From a virus (lineage: Duplodnaviria > Caudoviricetes), in the IMG/VR virus record IMGVR_UViG_2502957028_000003, positions 3,810 through 67,809 of that record: a DNA stretch of 64,000 bases; one strand, 5' to 3'. Under the pieces are notes generated by a model. It saw only the letters and a program-made list of their open reading frames with translations, was not told where the DNA came from and made no database searches. Of the stretch, positions 1 through 8,398 are shown one piece after another (the first letter of the stretch is position 1; every line of letters begins with the position of its first letter). The translations under genes and the position numbers were made by a program.

Positions 1-1
1 A

Positions 2-379
2 GAGGGTTTACAAGTCATGGCGGCGTGGGGTTTTACCTATAAGACCAATATTGTGTGGGTAAAGATCACGCAAGGCGGCGAAGTGAGCCGTGGTGGTGTT
101 GGGTTTTATTTTAGGAATGCAACCGAACTCTTGCTGTTTGGAGTTCGTGGCAGTTTGGTTACTCTGGATTCAGCGAGAACCCAACCTAATGTTATTTGGG
201 CCGCAAGGGGACGACATTCTGAAAAACCCCAAGAGTCATACCGCATAATAGAGGCATGTAGCCCAGGACCACGGCTTGAATTATTCGCAAGGCCAGACAC
301 GCCAATGTTTCCGAAGCGTCCTGGATGGCACGTTTGGGGTAACGAAGTGGAGTCAGATATTCAGCTGGAAGTAGCATAA
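2..379 (+). CDS. MT-A70 family adenine methyltransferase (5'-truncated by window edge)
   Basis: AWGFTYKTNIVWVK, FRNATELLLFGVRG, HSEKP, RLELFAR, GWHVWGNE motifs; frame open to the window start. Confidence 0.9.
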   Translation, partial: EGLQVMAAWGFTYKTNIVWVKITQGGEVSRGGVGFYFRNATELLLFGVRGSLVTLDSARTQPNVIWAARGRHSEKPQESYRIIEACSPGPRLELFARPDTPMFPKRPGWHVWGNEVESDIQLEVA

Positions 380-420
380 TATAACCGCCCCACGCACCGT
401 GGGCTCGGAAGGGAGGAACT

Positions 421-618
421 ATGACAACCAAAAAAGAAACAAACATTTTTCAAATCAACGACATTGTTTTGGCTGGCGGAACTGTCTTGAGGCAAATCAA
501 AACAGGCGCTTGGGTTCCAGCAAGACCTATCGGAAAAACTAATCTGAAATACCGCCTGAAGGCAGCATGGATGGTTTTTGCTGGCAAGGCTGACGTAGTA
601 GTATGGCCCGGACAATAA
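421..618 (+). CDS. Hypothetical phage protein
   Basis: GGAGG RBS; WVPARP motif typical of small phage genes. Confidence 0.75.
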   Translation: MTTKKETNIFQINDIVLAGGTVLRQIKTGAWVPARPIGKTNLKYRLKAAWMVFAGKADVVVWPGQ

Positions 619-672
619 CCCGGCGCTCCGTGCGCCATCCGGCATGGGAAGATGCCAGGAGAGAGGGATAGA

Positions 673-849
673 ATGAGGTTTATAGTAAGGAGGACTTGCG
701 CCAAGACCTTGTGGCATAGTTGGTTCGCTTGGAGGCCTGTAATTATAGACGGGGAACTTATCTGGCTTGAAAAGATAATCAGGCGACGGGTTATAGATGG
801 CAGAGATGGAGAGTCCTGGTGGGAATATAAAAATGACCCGTGCTATTAA
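673..849 (+). CDS. Hypothetical phage protein
   Basis: WHSWFAWRPV motif common in small phage genes; start adjusted to RBS. Confidence 0.65.
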   Translation: MRFIVRRTCAKTLWHSWFAWRPVIIDGELIWLEKIIRRRVIDGRDGESWWEYKNDPCY

Positions 850-881
850 AGATAACCACCACACCACCCAAAGGAGGAACT

Positions 882-1241
882 ATGAAACCGAAACATACGC
901 CAGGGCCTTGGGTAGTTGAACGCGGAGACGTCGGAGACGAAACATATATTTGGACAGCAACAGATATAGTTGGGGCGGACGGATTCCCAGTTGTATCTGA
1001 CACCGGACTAATACCAGAAGGGTTGGCCTTTAAATATGAAACAACCGAAGCCAACGCCCGCCTCATCGCCGCCGCCCCGGACCTGTTGGAGGCGCTGGAA
1101 GATGCCTTGAAGTTTCTTCACGGTTCGCACACAAAATCTGTTGGCCCGACCGAAATGCAGCTATGTGACCAGATGGAAGCCGCCATCGCCAAGGCCCGCG
1201 GCCTGGACGCCAGCCTGGACGGCGGGGAGGAGGAGGCATAA
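882..1241 (+). CDS. Hypothetical phage protein
   Basis: AAGGAGG RBS before 882; KHTPGPW and NARLIAAAPDLLEAL phage motifs. Confidence 0.85.
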   Translation: MKPKHTPGPWVVERGDVGDETYIWTATDIVGADGFPVVSDTGLIPEGLAFKYETTEANARLIAAAPDLLEALEDALKFLHGSHTKSVGPTEMQLCDQMEAAIAKARGLDASLDGGEEEA

Positions 1242-1822
1242 TGGACACACCGAAAGCATGCTTAGGTTGCGAATATGAGCCGTGGTGTCTGCAAAACCCA
1301 ACTGAGATTCATCCAAGGTGCAGGATGTTCTCTGAAATGATACAGATAAAGTCAGACATTCAACATGAACGCCTTGAGTCTGGCTTTGTTGACGACTCGC
1401 CGTGTACGATAGCTTTCTTTAAAGGAGGAATCATGCTGAAACCGTGCCCGAATCCGTGGTGTGATGGGTCTGGCGACGATCTAGAAGGAATTTATCAGGT
1501 CAAGTTCGCAATAAAATGCAAACTTTGCGGCCTGACTGGCCCGTTTAGAAAAACCCCATATGAAGCGGAAGAAGCCTGGAACACCCGGCCAGAGCCAATC
1601 GGCCCCAAGCGGTGGGTGTGGGATGGGCTACATGGAACCTGTGGACCATATTCGGCAGAAATAGAAGTCTACAAAGGCGTTTCGGTTGAGATAATAAAAG
1701 ACGGAAAGCGGGTTGATTTTTCGTTGGTAGACTCCATCCCAGACGCCAAGCAAAAGGCCCAGGACTTCATTGACCAGCGGTTTTGGGAAATCGCGGAAGG
1801 GGGAAGAAATGAAGGTGATTAA
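1241..1822 (+). CDS. Protein with Lar (restriction alleviation)-like zinc-finger domain
   Basis: LKPCP..C, CxxCG, EAEEAWNTR motifs; second in-frame RBS+ATG at 1433. Confidence 0.7.
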   Translation: MDTPKACLGCEYEPWCLQNPTEIHPRCRMFSEMIQIKSDIQHERLESGFVDDSPCTIAFFKGGIMLKPCPNPWCDGSGDDLEGIYQVKFAIKCKLCGLTGPFRKTPYEAEEAWNTRPEPIGPKRWVWDGLHGTCGPYSAEIEVYKGVSVEIIKDGKRVDFSLVDSIPDAKQKAQDFIDQRFWEIAEGGRNEGD

Positions 1823-2126
1823 AGTCAAATCATGCTGGAAGTGCCCGAAGGCCGTGCACAACCCAATGAGACTGATAGAGCATTGGTGCGGCATGCCAGG
1901 AGGCCCGAAGGACCTTGGCTCGGATGAAGACATGGAATGTATTCACAAGAATTGCCCCCTCAGCGACGACCCAACCGCCAAGCTGGTGGAGGCGTTGAGT
2001 GAGTGCGTCTCGCGGTTTAAGTGGCTTAAAATATATGGCTCGCTAAGCCACGCTGCCGATTGGAAGAAATGCGAACGCACCATGGGAAAAGCCAAGGCCG
2101 TGCTTGCGGAGGTGAAAGATGTTTGA
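1809..2126 (+). CDS. Hypothetical Cys-rich phage protein
   Basis: Coupled to neighbours; CWKCP and CPL motifs. Confidence 0.7.
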   Translation: MKVIKVKSCWKCPKAVHNPMRLIEHWCGMPGGPKDLGSDEDMECIHKNCPLSDDPTAKLVEALSECVSRFKWLKIYGSLSHAADWKKCERTMGKAKAVLAEVKDV

Positions 2127-2562
2127 GCCGAAAGAGTTGGAGTGGTTTGAAGTTGAATATGAATACTATGAGGCGCATGTATTAAACTGGAATGTTTGCT
2201 ATAGCCTTAGCCGAGGCAGAGCAGGCGGTTGGTATGTAATTTTTCGTATTGAGAACAAATCTGTGTCTTTGTGCCGTGGGTGCGATATCGACTCAGCCAA
2301 ATCCGCCGCCCAAGCCCACTACGACGCCCTATACGCCTCGGGCGGTGTTGAGGTCAAGGTTCCCACCTGGACCCGGTTTGACCCGGAGGATAAAGCGACG
2401 TGGCCGGAGGACGGGCGACGGTTTTTGTTTGGCGGAGTGGGTGTGAATCCAACGATAGATGTGTGGCCATGGTCAGATGATTTTAAGCCGGAATATATTA
2501 AGGCGAGCTCTAAAAACGGCTACACCCACTGGCTCCCCATCACCCCACCGGAGGCAACCTAA
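2119..2562 (+). CDS. Hypothetical phage protein (C-terminal DUF551-like THWLP motif)
   Basis: AKSAAQAHY and YTHWLPI motifs; coupled. Confidence 0.7.
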   Translation: MFEPKELEWFEVEYEYYEAHVLNWNVCYSLSRGRAGGWYVIFRIENKSVSLCRGCDIDSAKSAAQAHYDALYASGGVEVKVPTWTRFDPEDKATWPEDGRRFLFGGVGVNPTIDVWPWSDDFKPEYIKASSKNGYTHWLPITPPEAT

Positions 2563-2756
2563 TGCCCTGTGAAAACTTCGGCCCATGGATTGTCTGCGGC
2601 AACCGGCCTGTCAAAACCATCACCCACAAAGGGCGTCGTTGGTCGTTTGAATTCACCCCGGCTTGCGGCTGGACCCATGTCAAGCAAAACGGCATGGGCG
2701 GGGATGACAGGCGGGTGCCCAAGGCTGTTTGGGAGAAATTGGAAAAGGAGACCTAA
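2562..2756 (+). CDS. Hypothetical phage protein
   Basis: TAATG coupling on both sides. Confidence 0.65.
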   Translation: MPCENFGPWIVCGNRPVKTITHKGRRWSFEFTPACGWTHVKQNGMGGDDRRVPKAVWEKLEKET

Positions 2757-3112
2757 TGGACACCACACCAGAATACATCGCCATGTGCGATTGCAAGGAA
2801 GTGCAGGGGCTTAAAAACGACCAACAATTTAGGGATGGGAGAAACTTCACCCATTCTTACGAGCACAGGCACGAATGGAAAATCATCTGGCTCCCACGTC
2901 TGGACCAGTTGATTGCCATGTTGTCAGAGAACGACGAACTACAACCAGACTACTATCTGTTCAAGAATTACGGTAGCCAGTGGATGTGTTCTGTTTCGGC
3001 ATCTGAAATATACGAGGAAGGTTTTGACTCTCCCACCCCCGAACAGGCCATGCTAAAACTGGTCATGTGGGTACGGCACGGGAAGAAATGGGAGGATGGG
3101 GAATGGAAGTGA
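2756..3112 (+). CDS. Hypothetical phage protein
   Basis: WLPRLDQL and PEQAML motifs; TAATG coupling. Confidence 0.7.
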   Translation: MDTTPEYIAMCDCKEVQGLKNDQQFRDGRNFTHSYEHRHEWKIIWLPRLDQLIAMLSENDELQPDYYLFKNYGSQWMCSVSASEIYEEGFDSPTPEQAMLKLVMWVRHGKKWEDGEWK

Positions 3113-3303
3113 TATGTAAGCACGCGGATAAGTTCGCCGAATGCCAAGGATGCAGGCATTCTGAGCCACACGAGAAGGATAAAAAAGGATTTTATTGCCC
3201 ACTGCACGGGTGCAGTCTTGGCGGGCGCTGTGTTGGCGTCAACAGCAAACAGGGCAAAGCAGCCCTCGCACGTGTCAACGCACTCAACGCACCTGGTGCG
3301 TAA
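3103..3303 (+). CDS. Small Cys/His-rich hypothetical protein
   Basis: Coupled ORF; CxxCxHxxPH motif. Confidence 0.55.
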   Translation: MEVICKHADKFAECQGCRHSEPHEKDKKGFYCPLHGCSLGGRCVGVNSKQGKAALARVNALNAPGA

Positions 3304-3380
3304 GGCTATACACGCGTGTGTAAAAACTTTGCACGCGTGCATAAAACGTGCATAAACGTGTAAAATGGAAAGGATCGTAC

Positions 3381-3635
3381 ATGACAGGATATGAGGACAT
3401 CTCAGTTATACCAATTTTTATAGGCATAAACAGGATTTATGATTCCGAGATTGACCATTCCTGGGATAACATGGTTTATATCGGAACTCAATATTCTAAA
3501 GCGGTAAGCGCTGTTATTGGCGCTAAAGACCCTAAAAACTTGCCAGACACAGCTTCGGCGCAAGGAATTATCAAACATTTCCATTTGCTTCCAAATGGAG
3601 ATATGCGTTTTTTAATGTGGGAGGGTGACAAATGA
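3381..3635 (+). CDS. Hypothetical protein
   Basis: AAAGGA RBS; ATGA overlap with next gene. Confidence 0.55.
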   Translation: MTGYEDISVIPIFIGINRIYDSEIDHSWDNMVYIGTQYSKAVSAVIGAKDPKNLPDTASAQGIIKHFHLLPNGDMRFLMWEGDK

Positions 3636-4018
3636 AATGGGTTGACGCAAAAACAAAACCAAGCGAAGGACAGGAAGTAGTCGTTAGGGCCAGAGCCGGG
3701 GTGGGTGAGCATTGGTCCTATCAAATCGGAATTTGGTCCGACGGGGTTTTCAAAAACCCATACATGGGTTGCGACATGTGCGGCGGGGATGCACGTTATC
3801 TCCCTGTCACATGGAACCCGTTTTCAAGGCCGGTTTTTGAATGGCTCCCACTCAGTAAGTTTATCGAAATGGAACGAAAGATTGACCACCTGGAATTCGA
3901 GAAAGCCCGGTTGCATGACCGTGTTTTAAAATGCGAAGAGGTAATGTACGAGGCCGTTGTCAAAGGCAACGACAATGACCTTATAGACTATGTGAACGAA
4001 GGACTTGAAAAGATATGA
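3632..4018 (+). CDS. DUF551-like hypothetical protein
   Basis: MKWVDAKTKP...EVVV...EWLPL pattern. Confidence 0.65.
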   Translation: MKWVDAKTKPSEGQEVVVRARAGVGEHWSYQIGIWSDGVFKNPYMGCDMCGGDARYLPVTWNPFSRPVFEWLPLSKFIEMERKIDHLEFEKARLHDRVLKCEEVMYEAVVKGNDNDLIDYVNEGLEKI

Positions 4019-4218
4019 ACTCAACATGTCAATATTGCGAATTATGGGAAAAGTGCGCCATGGCCTCGTTTGGCGGATCGTGCGGAAACTTTCGTCCTCG
4101 TACGCTCTGCTTCCAAGGTAAAAAGCATAAGTGGACTGATGGATGGGTATGCGACAGATGTGGATTGAAACGTGTCGACTACGAAGAGGCGAAGACCAAA
4201 GTGCTCAAGGTGCTATGA
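4015..4218 (+). CDS. Small Cys-rich hypothetical protein
   Basis: ATGA overlap; last gene of the + strand block. Confidence 0.65.
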   Translation: MNSTCQYCELWEKCAMASFGGSCGNFRPRTLCFQGKKHKWTDGWVCDRCGLKRVDYEEAKTKVLKVL

Positions 4219-4240
4219 TATATTCGATCCAAGAAGAAAG

Positions 4241-4275
4241 AAAATAAAAAACCCCGCCCAAAATGAGCGGGGTTG
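4241..4275 (-). terminator. Intrinsic terminator ending the late/lysis operon
   Basis: AACCCCGC/GCGGGGTT stem followed by a T-rich tract on the - strand. Confidence 0.8.
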
Positions 4276-4523
4276 AACTACCGAGGACTGCTCGGTAGAT
4301 GGACCGGTGGTTAAGCCGGTCGGGGCAAAATTAGCGCCGATTTGTCCATGCGGGCTCGGCGTCAGCCTTTGCAGGATACCAACCATTGGTTGGGATCAAT
4401 CTAACAGGCCGATGTAGAACATGGGCCTAACTCTTTGTACCATTGGTACATGAGATAGCGGGTTTTATCCGCGCCGTGGGTCGAAACCGCACGGGGAGTT
4501 ATCCGGGATTGCCGGAATGCTGG

Positions 4524-4694
4524 CTATGCGCTGGTATTGCCGCCACGGATGGACTGCAATCCGTTCCAGAGGCTCTCAAGGATGCGGTTATCCTCGTCGA
4601 ACGGCGTAATCACAGCGATGCTTTTCAGGACGCCATAAGCAAGGCTAATGGTCAGCCAGTTCTTGCCGATAAAATCCAAAAGCGCTTGATCCAT
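4524..4694 (-). CDS. Small membrane protein in lysis cassette (56 aa, not in ORF track)
   Basis: MDQALLDFIGKNWLTISLAYGVLKSIAVIT...; GGAGG RBS. Confidence 0.7.
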   Translation of the reverse strand: MDQALLDFIGKNWLTISLAYGVLKSIAVITPFDEDNRILESLWNGLQSIRGGNTSA

Positions 4695-4703
4695 TTATTC
4701 CTC

Positions 4704-4874
4704 CTAAACTTCCGGCAAATTCGCCGGGTTCCTTTTGTCAAATTTGGCTCTTTCCTCGTCGAACAGATCGTTAATCTGTTCCTCGGTCAGGCCGTTGATT
4801 TCCGCGTACTTGAAGTATGCGTTCAGGGCCAGACGTGCGCCCTCAATGATAGCCGCCAGCAAAACAGGATTCAT
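4704..4874 (-). CDS. Small protein in lysis cassette (56 aa, not in ORF track)
   Basis: MNPVLLAAIIEGARLALNAYFK...; TAATG coupling to the lipoprotein. Confidence 0.7.
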   Translation of the reverse strand: MNPVLLAAIIEGARLALNAYFKYAEINGLTEEQINDLFDEERAKFDKRNPANLPEV

Positions 4875-5218
4875 TATATGCCCTCCAATTTGCCCAATAG
4901 GCGTATGATGTTGTTTGTCAGGTCGTCGGGCGGTATCTGTCCCAACTTGGTATAGTTGGAATACATGCTTATCAACGGGTAGACCTCTGTCAACACATCG
5001 TGCTTAACCCGCAAGACCGTCCGCTTGTCCTCGGAAATATCCATGGCCGAAGCCTGGAAGGCGTAATCGTCATAGGCCGTGTTATACATGGACATCATCC
5101 ATGTGGCCTTTGCCTTGGGCGACATGTTTTGCACGTCATTTGCGGCCTGTTGCACATTGGCGCACCCAACGGCCATTGCCAGCACCAGGGCCAGCACGAT
5201 CAATGATAATTTTTTCAT
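4874..5218 (-). CDS. Lipoprotein in lysis cassette (spanin-like position)
   Basis: MKKLSLIVLALVLAMAVG-C lipobox; GGAG RBS upstream. Confidence 0.8.
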   Translation of the reverse strand: MKKLSLIVLALVLAMAVGCANVQQAANDVQNMSPKAKATWMMSMYNTAYDDYAFQASAMDISEDKRTVLRVKHDVLTEVYPLISMYSNYTKLGQIPPDDLTNNIIRLLGKLEGI

Positions 5219-5234
5219 GGTTTCATTTCTCCTT

Positions 5235-5585
5235 TCAGTAAAGCCAGGTTCTTTTTTCGTTCTTGGCCGGGTCCGCGTCCACATGGATAAAATCCTTGCG
5301 GATTCCGATCCGGGTAAATCCGGCCATGTAAAGTCCATACAGGATGTGGCCGCGTGATTTGTCGTCTGTGGCCTTAATGTCTGCGGCCCATCCGATCATG
5401 TGGCTTGAGCATTTTGAGCCGCCCACGGCCCTGTTGTGGCTCTTGCAACGATATCCGGAGTTAATGACAAAAGGTACACCTGCAATCCCACGGGCGCGGT
5501 CCAGGCGTTGCAGGAATTCGTCTTGCATTTCGCATTGGCCGCCGCAGCACGGACAGTAAAATTCATGGATTCCAAAGTGACGCAT
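5235..5585 (-). CDS. Endolysin, peptidase M15 family
   Basis: EFYCPCCG, INSGYRC, SSHMIGWAADI and HVD zinc-peptidase motifs. Confidence 0.9.
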   Translation of the reverse strand: MRHFGIHEFYCPCCGGQCEMQDEFLQRLDRARGIAGVPFVINSGYRCKSHNRAVGGSKCSSHMIGWAADIKATDDKSRGHILYGLYMAGFTRIGIRKDFIHVDADPAKNEKRTWLY

Positions 5586-5586
5586 A

Positions 5587-5880
5587 TCACGGCCCCCCTA
5601 TTAGCACTTTAAGCCAAGCCATCGCCATCCCGGTGAACACAATTGCGATCGCCCACCATTGACGTTTTATGGCTTCTTCCAGCAGGCTGAGCCTGGTTCC
5701 CATGGGCGGCTTTCCGTTGCCGGAGACGACCACCTTGTGTATGTCGGCAACTTGTGCCGAAACGGAAGCAATGGCTTGATCCTGCAGCGCCAGCTTAACG
5801 TCGCCTTGGGCAAGCCTGCGGTCCACTTTCTGGAATTCGTCTCTGCACTCCCGCGCCATTTGATGTTCATCCTGAACCAT
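5587..5880 (-). CDS. Holin-like protein (coiled coil plus C-terminal TM, XhlA-like)
   Basis: One C-terminal TM; directly upstream of endolysin. Confidence 0.55.
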   Translation of the reverse strand: MVQDEHQMARECRDEFQKVDRRLAQGDVKLALQDQAIASVSAQVADIHKVVVSGNGKPPMGTRLSLLEEAIKRQWWAIAIVFTGMAMAWLKVLIGGP

Positions 5881-6000
5881 CGGCTTTTCCCTTTCCTTGA
5901 CCTCTCGCCGCTGGCCGTGCTATCCGATTGTGGGCCGAGCGGTGGCTTTTGTGTGGTTTCGTCATCCATCCGGGAAGGTTGGGGCCAACCCGGACGGCCC

Positions 6001-7962
6001 TTACCTTACCTCTAAATCGGTAAACGTGCTCTCGGCCCCCGTTGCGAACAATCCGCAATAGGCCCCCGTCATCCCGGCCACGGTCTGATTGGTGCCGACC
6101 TGTGCGCCGTTGTAGTAGAAGCTGAAAACATCGCCATTGCGCCGGATTTCTACTTCTGCGCCTGCCGCATAGGTGACGTTGGTATCAATGAGACTTGTCC
6201 AGACTCCGGCAACGACCTTGTAGGCTTTGAAATCGTCTGTATCGCCGCTATCAATGAAGGCCACCACAAAATTCGCCGGACTCGTCTGCGAATCCTGCGC
6301 CATGACCACGCCTACCCATTCGGAACCGGAAGCCGTCACGCCTGCTTTGATGCGCCTGGCTCCGGGGAGGCGGAGGGTGCTGGTTGTGGTGGAGAGGGTG
6401 AGTTTTTTTACGGAGGCGTAATCAGCACCGCCTCTAAAAAACTCAATACCCCACAATGTGAAAGCCCCGGCAGAAGCAATTGGAACAGTCTTCCCGGTAT
6501 ATAATCCCGCACTGATTGCAATGGCGATATTTTGTCCTGCAACAGATGGGACAATGACTCCTGCTGTAACACTATCAATATTTACAGCGACTTGGCATAA
6601 TGAGTAAGAAGGAATAATATTTCCAGAGGATACTATGCCTCCAGTATCAGACACCATAGATGCCACCCCATCCGCAACACTCCAACCCGTTCCGATCGTC
6701 CACGCCCCCGCATCATCAAAATCCGGGTCCGCCAGCAGTTCCTTGCCGGGGAGGACGCGACGGAGGGAGACGTCATCGAAGTAGCAGTATTTTGTTGCCC
6801 CACTCGGAGAAAACAAATATAATCTTAAATTTTCACATCCGGCATGGACAGAAAATATTTTAGTGTACTTAGTGTAAGTTGTTCCGGCTACGCCAGTTTG
6901 CGTTGGCGTAACTATGTATTCACTACTGTTTAGATCGAGTATAAAATAAGACCCTTGATTGATCCCATCGCCTCTTGTCCAAAACGAAAGCACGTAAGTA
7001 TCAAATTCTACAACTGCCGCGTTTTGTTGCACCCATACAGATCCAGAAGCCCCTGTTAATTTTGCTGCATATGTTCCATAATGAGGGGTTGCATCTTGCT
7101 CGACCAGACCATCGTTTGGGTGCTCGCCCCACGACGCAAACACATCCGCCCCACCAGCCCCTGGCGTTTCAAAGCCTCCGTTGCTGATAAGGTTGGTGGC
7201 GTCGAGGGAGCATTGGGTTACTGATATGCTGTGGTAGGTGATGTCGGTGGGGCCAGAATCATATCTATAAAAATAAATTCTAATCGTTGTACAATCATCT
7301 GGAACGACAAAATAATAATCATTCGTGCCAGTAGCCCAATCCATGTTTGTGAGTTCCAGAATGTTAGCGGAGTTTGTTATATCGCCAATTCTTAAGCGCA
7401 CACTCCCTTCGTTTATACCGCAATTAACTGATAGTTTTTGAACAGAGCCGGAAGAAACTGACATTGTTTGCCAGAACGCCAGCACTACAGATCCAGTAGA
7501 CACCATCCGCAAACCATCTGGCGCGCCAGGAACAAAGTAATTATCAGCGTCTTGGTTGTTTACCGTCCAATCATCCCACGAAATCTCCTTAACCTTGTCG
7601 CCAGCACCTAGTGTGACGTTGGTATCCGCGGCAATAAAGCGAGTGCCTACATTGTTGTCAGCCGCACCGTCAGCGGTAAAATCCGCACCATCGTGGGCGG
7701 TGATTTCATAGTAATGGCCGGGAGCGAGGTTGCCGGAAGCCTGTTCGGCGCCAAGTGACGTTGCGGAAAAATCCCCGTTCGTGACAAGTTCGGGACTGTA
7801 AAAAGACGGATTGCCCGACACCGTACCATCGCCGTTGTCGGTGAGGTTGGCTGATGACAGGTAGGACGGTATGCCGGAGGAAAAGTTGGTGCGTCGAACT
7901 ACGCTGTTCTTATGATTAAAACTCGTAAACCTGTTAAAGCTACGGAATTTCTTGAAGGCCAT
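6001..7962 (-). CDS. Tail fibre/receptor-binding protein with repeated CBM-like beta-sandwich modules
   Basis: LVTNGDF, LISNGGFE and LLADPDFD module starts; ConA-like C-terminus; position at the end of the tail genes. Confidence 0.7.
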   Translation of the reverse strand: MAFKKFRSFNRFTSFNHKNSVVRRTNFSSGIPSYLSSANLTDNGDGTVSGNPSFYSPELVTNGDFSATSLGAEQASGNLAPGHYYEITAHDGADFTADGAADNNVGTRFIAADTNVTLGAGDKVKEISWDDWTVNNQDADNYFVPGAPDGLRMVSTGSVVLAFWQTMSVSSGSVQKLSVNCGINEGSVRLRIGDITNSANILELTNMDWATGTNDYYFVVPDDCTTIRIYFYRYDSGPTDITYHSISVTQCSLDATNLISNGGFETPGAGGADVFASWGEHPNDGLVEQDATPHYGTYAAKLTGASGSVWVQQNAAVVEFDTYVLSFWTRGDGINQGSYFILDLNSSEYIVTPTQTGVAGTTYTKYTKIFSVHAGCENLRLYLFSPSGATKYCYFDDVSLRRVLPGKELLADPDFDDAGAWTIGTGWSVADGVASMVSDTGGIVSSGNIIPSYSLCQVAVNIDSVTAGVIVPSVAGQNIAIAISAGLYTGKTVPIASAGAFTLWGIEFFRGGADYASVKKLTLSTTTSTLRLPGARRIKAGVTASGSEWVGVVMAQDSQTSPANFVVAFIDSGDTDDFKAYKVVAGVWTSLIDTNVTYAAGAEVEIRRNGDVFSFYYNGAQVGTNQTVAGMTGAYCGLFATGAESTFTDLEVR

Positions 7963-7964
7963 GA

Positions 7965-8357
7965 TTACCTCCCATAAACGGCGGCGGTAATCGTTACTGA
8001 ATTAGACGTTCCTGTTTCGGTGACCTTAATCTTCATGTATCTGCCTATTGCATCCCCAAAAGAAACTGGAATTTGGACATGCCCAGAACCATCGCCGGAG
8101 GTTTTGGTCAGGCCAGTAGCCAGGTCGTCCACGTTTTCTGGCTCAGAAAAATAATCCCCAGAGCATGACGTCAAAAGCTCGAACTTGCACGTGCCGTCTC
8201 CTGTAATCGTGGCCTCGATTACGAAAGACCCATACGCCTTGCTAATTGGGATTTCGGGCGTTGACGTAGCGTCTCCACTGGCGGCTATTTCTTCGGCTGA
8301 AAAAATATCCTGGACTTTTTCACACGGGACGTCATTGATGACGGTTTTTGTGCTCAT
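7965..8357 (-). CDS. Small beta-rich virion/tail-associated protein
   Basis: Position; Thr/Ser/Gly-rich beta pattern. Confidence 0.55.
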   Translation of the reverse strand: MSTKTVINDVPCEKVQDIFSAEEIAASGDATSTPEIPISKAYGSFVIEATITGDGTCKFELLTSCSGDYFSEPENVDDLATGLTKTSGDGSGHVQIPVSFGDAIGRYMKIKVTETGTSNSVTITAAVYGR

Positions 8358-8398
8358 TAGTGAGAACTCCTTGTTTTAGGTGGGGTGGTGTTGCGGTT

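Noticed and set aside
4443-4955. 170-aa + strand ORF
   Set aside because: Antisense to two small RBS-bearing lysis-cassette genes
5940-6000. GACGAAAC after a hairpin (- strand), hammerhead-like
   Set aside because: No CUGAnGA core upstream
7880-7962. Possible Tat signal (VRRTNF) on the 653-aa fibre
   Set aside because: No RRxFL consensus and no hydrophobic region
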